Below are positions 56,314 through 64,000 of a stretch of DNA of 64,000 nt, in pieces. The stretch spans positions 1,371,212-1,435,211 of the forward strand of contig CAXXTB010000001.1 in assembly GCA_963676795.2 (NCBI GenBank), read 5' to 3'. Position numbers and translations under genes: made by a program. The notes under the pieces were generated by a model. The model had not been told where the DNA came from, ran no database searches, and saw nothing but the letters and a program-made list of their open reading frames with translations. Numbering within the stretch: position 1 is the stretch's first letter; each line of letters starts with the position of its first letter. This DNA is from Geopsychrobacteraceae bacterium. GTDB taxonomy: Bacteria > Desulfobacterota > Desulfuromonadia > Desulfuromonadales > Geopsychrobacteraceae.

Positions 56314-56430
56314 TTCGGTGGCTATAGCGTAGGGGTCACACCTGTTCTCATCCCGAACACAGAAGTTAAGTCCTACCGCGCCGATGATACTGCATGGGAG
56401 ACTATGTGGGAAAGTAGGTCGCCGCCGAAA
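56314..56430 (+). rRNA. rrf: 5S rRNA copy 1
   Basis: TTCGGTGG...CCGAAC...GCCGCCGAA. Confidence 0.95.
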
Positions 56431-56438
56431 TTATTTGA

Positions 56439-56473
56439 GGCCCTGATCTTGAAAAAGATCAGGGCTTTGTTTT
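56439..56473 (+). terminator. rRNA operon terminator (repeated at 61969-62003)
   Basis: GCCCTGATCTT-GAAA-AAGATCAGGGC-TTTGTTTT. Confidence 0.85.
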
Positions 56474-56511
56474 GCGCCAAAAAAGACGTCAAAAAAACTT
56501 TGAAAAAAGTA

Positions 56512-56639
56512 TTGACGAAGCCGAAGCGATTGGCTATAAAGTCGCTCCGCTGCTTGAGAAAGCCAGGAACTGGTTGCTTGGTAGCGTTGCAGAAAAAGTT
56601 AAAAAAGAGTTTGACAGGGAAGGGTGATTTGGATAGAGT
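56512..56639 (+). promoter_or_regulatory. Tandem rRNA promoters P1/P2, operon 2 (repeated at 62042-62169 for operon 3)
   Basis: TTGACG-N17-TATAAA and TTGACA-N17-TAGAGT. Confidence 0.8.
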
Positions 56640-56770
56640 CCTTGCTTGTCGCTTCGCTCCGGCGGGGCAAAAAAGCTGGTCTTTGAAAACTAAATAGCAG
56701 ACGTTTTAAAGAGCTTGTAAGGGTTCAAGTCAAATTGAACAAAACTAGGATTTAAAAAACTTCAGATATT

Positions 56771-58303
<1,533 letters not shown>

Positions 58304-58462
58304 TAAGGAGCTCATCCACTCGAAAGAGTGAGATAGACGCTTACTTAAAAGCAAACTTACAAGTTCTAACTCTGCTATTTAGTTTTGAGAGACCAGGCCT
58401 CTTTATCAAGAAGAGGTTTTGTGTTCTTTGACATCGAATTTGCACAGATACTGTGTGGAAGT

Positions 58463-58539
58463 GGGCTAGTAGCTCAGCTGGCTAGAGCACACGACTGATA
58501 ATCGTGAGGTCGGAGGTTCAAGTCCTCCCTGGCCCACCA
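58463..58539 (+). tRNA. tRNA-Ile(GAT)
   Basis: Matches the copy in operon 1. Confidence 0.97.
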
Positions 58540-58548
58540 GATTATTAT

Positions 58549-58624
58549 GGGGGTGTAGCTCAGTTGGGAGAGCGCCTGCCTTGCAAGCAGGAGGTCATCG
58601 GTTCGATCCCGTTCACCTCCACCA
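58549..58624 (+). tRNA. tRNA-Ala(TGC)
   Basis: Matches the copy in operon 1. Confidence 0.97.
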
Positions 58625-58774
58625 TATCTGTAGAGAATTATTCGATCTTTGACAATTGCATACGACATACTAGATTTAGAAAATCATAGATATAAGTTGT
58701 GATGACTTATGTTTATGTCAAGCAAAGCGATAACAAGTAAAGGCTAAGCATAAACTTAGTAAAAGACTATTTAT

Positions 58775-61723
<2,949 letters not shown>

Positions 61724-61843
61724 TAAAAAGTTTTTTAATAGGGAAGGGGGAGCAAAAGCTCCCCCGCTCCCCCTTGAAAGTTATCGACAAAAAGACAATA
61801 TCTAGTATATAGGTCGTACGCGATTGAAAACCGATTTAAGGTT

Positions 61844-61960
61844 TTCGGTGGCTATAGCGTAGGGGTCACACCTGTTCTCATCCCGAACACAGAAGTTAAG
61901 TCCTACCGCGCCGATGATACTGCATGGGAGACTATGTGGGAAAGTAGGTCGCCGCCGAAA
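61844..61960 (+). rRNA. rrf: 5S rRNA copy 2
   Basis: Matches copy 1 at +5530. Confidence 0.95.
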
Positions 61961-62300
61961 TTATTTGAGGCCCTGATCTTGAAAAAGATCAGGGCTTTGT
62001 TTTGCGCCAAAAAAGACGTCAAAAAAACTTTGAAAAAAGTATTGACGAAGCCGAAGCGATTGGCTATAAAGTCGCTCCGCTGCTTGAGAAAGCCAGGAAC
62101 TGGTTGCTTGGTAGCGTTGCAGAAAAAGTTAAAAAAGAGTTTGACAGGGAAGGGTGATTTGGATAGAGTCCTTGCTTGTCGCTTCGCTCCGGCGGGGCAA
62201 AAAAGCTGGTCTTTGAAAACTAAATAGCAGACGTTTTAAAGAGCTTGTAAGGGTTCAAGTCAAATTGAACAAAACTAGGATTTAAAAAACTTCAGATATT

Positions 62301-63833
<1,533 letters not shown>

Positions 63834-63992
63834 TAAGGAGCTCATCCACTCGAAAGAGTGAGATAGACGCTTACTTAAAAGCAAACTTACAAGTTCTAAC
63901 TCTGCTATTTAGTTTTGAGAGACTAGGCCTCTTTATCAAGAAGAGGTTTTGTGTTCTTTGACATCGAATTTGCACAGATACTGTGTGGAAGT

Positions 63993-64000
63993 GGGCTAGT
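63993..64000 (+). tRNA. Start of the third tRNA-Ile(GAT), truncated by window end
   Basis: GGGCTAGT at the exact +11060 offset. Confidence 0.7.

Overview
Chromosomal window from a Desulfuromonadales deltaproteobacterium of the Pelobacter acidigallici type. This assignment rests on the transhydroxylase sequence, the 16S rRNA and the smc-ftsY-zapA-rny gene order; no database search was run. About 1-28 kb is an island for gallate/trihydroxybenzene catabolism. It holds Liv-type ABC and TRAP transporters, a TIM-barrel/IclR/Zn-dehydrogenase cluster, an intact IS1182-family element, a soluble chemoreceptor with a zinc-ligand-less CZB-like domain and a cupin. It also holds pyrogallol:phloroglucinol transhydroxylase (athL/bthL), an iron-sulfur flavoprotein, a TauE-family membrane protein, a fused 3-oxoacid CoA-transferase, a TPR protein, an O2-dependent gallate dioxygenase (unexpected here) and the lpdB-lpdD-lpdC gallate decarboxylase genes. 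Several promoters in the island share a recurring 15-bp IclR-type operator. About 28-36 kb supplies cofactors (moaC, sufBCDSE). About 36-51 kb is housekeeping: ubiE/menG, AsmA/YhdP, smc, ftsY with a perfect microsatellite, zapB-like, zapA, probable 6S RNA, 5-formyl-THF cyclo-ligase, rny, ymdB and a Bacteroidetes-like tyrS. From 51 kb to the end are at least three head-to-tail rRNA operons with a 5530-bp period.
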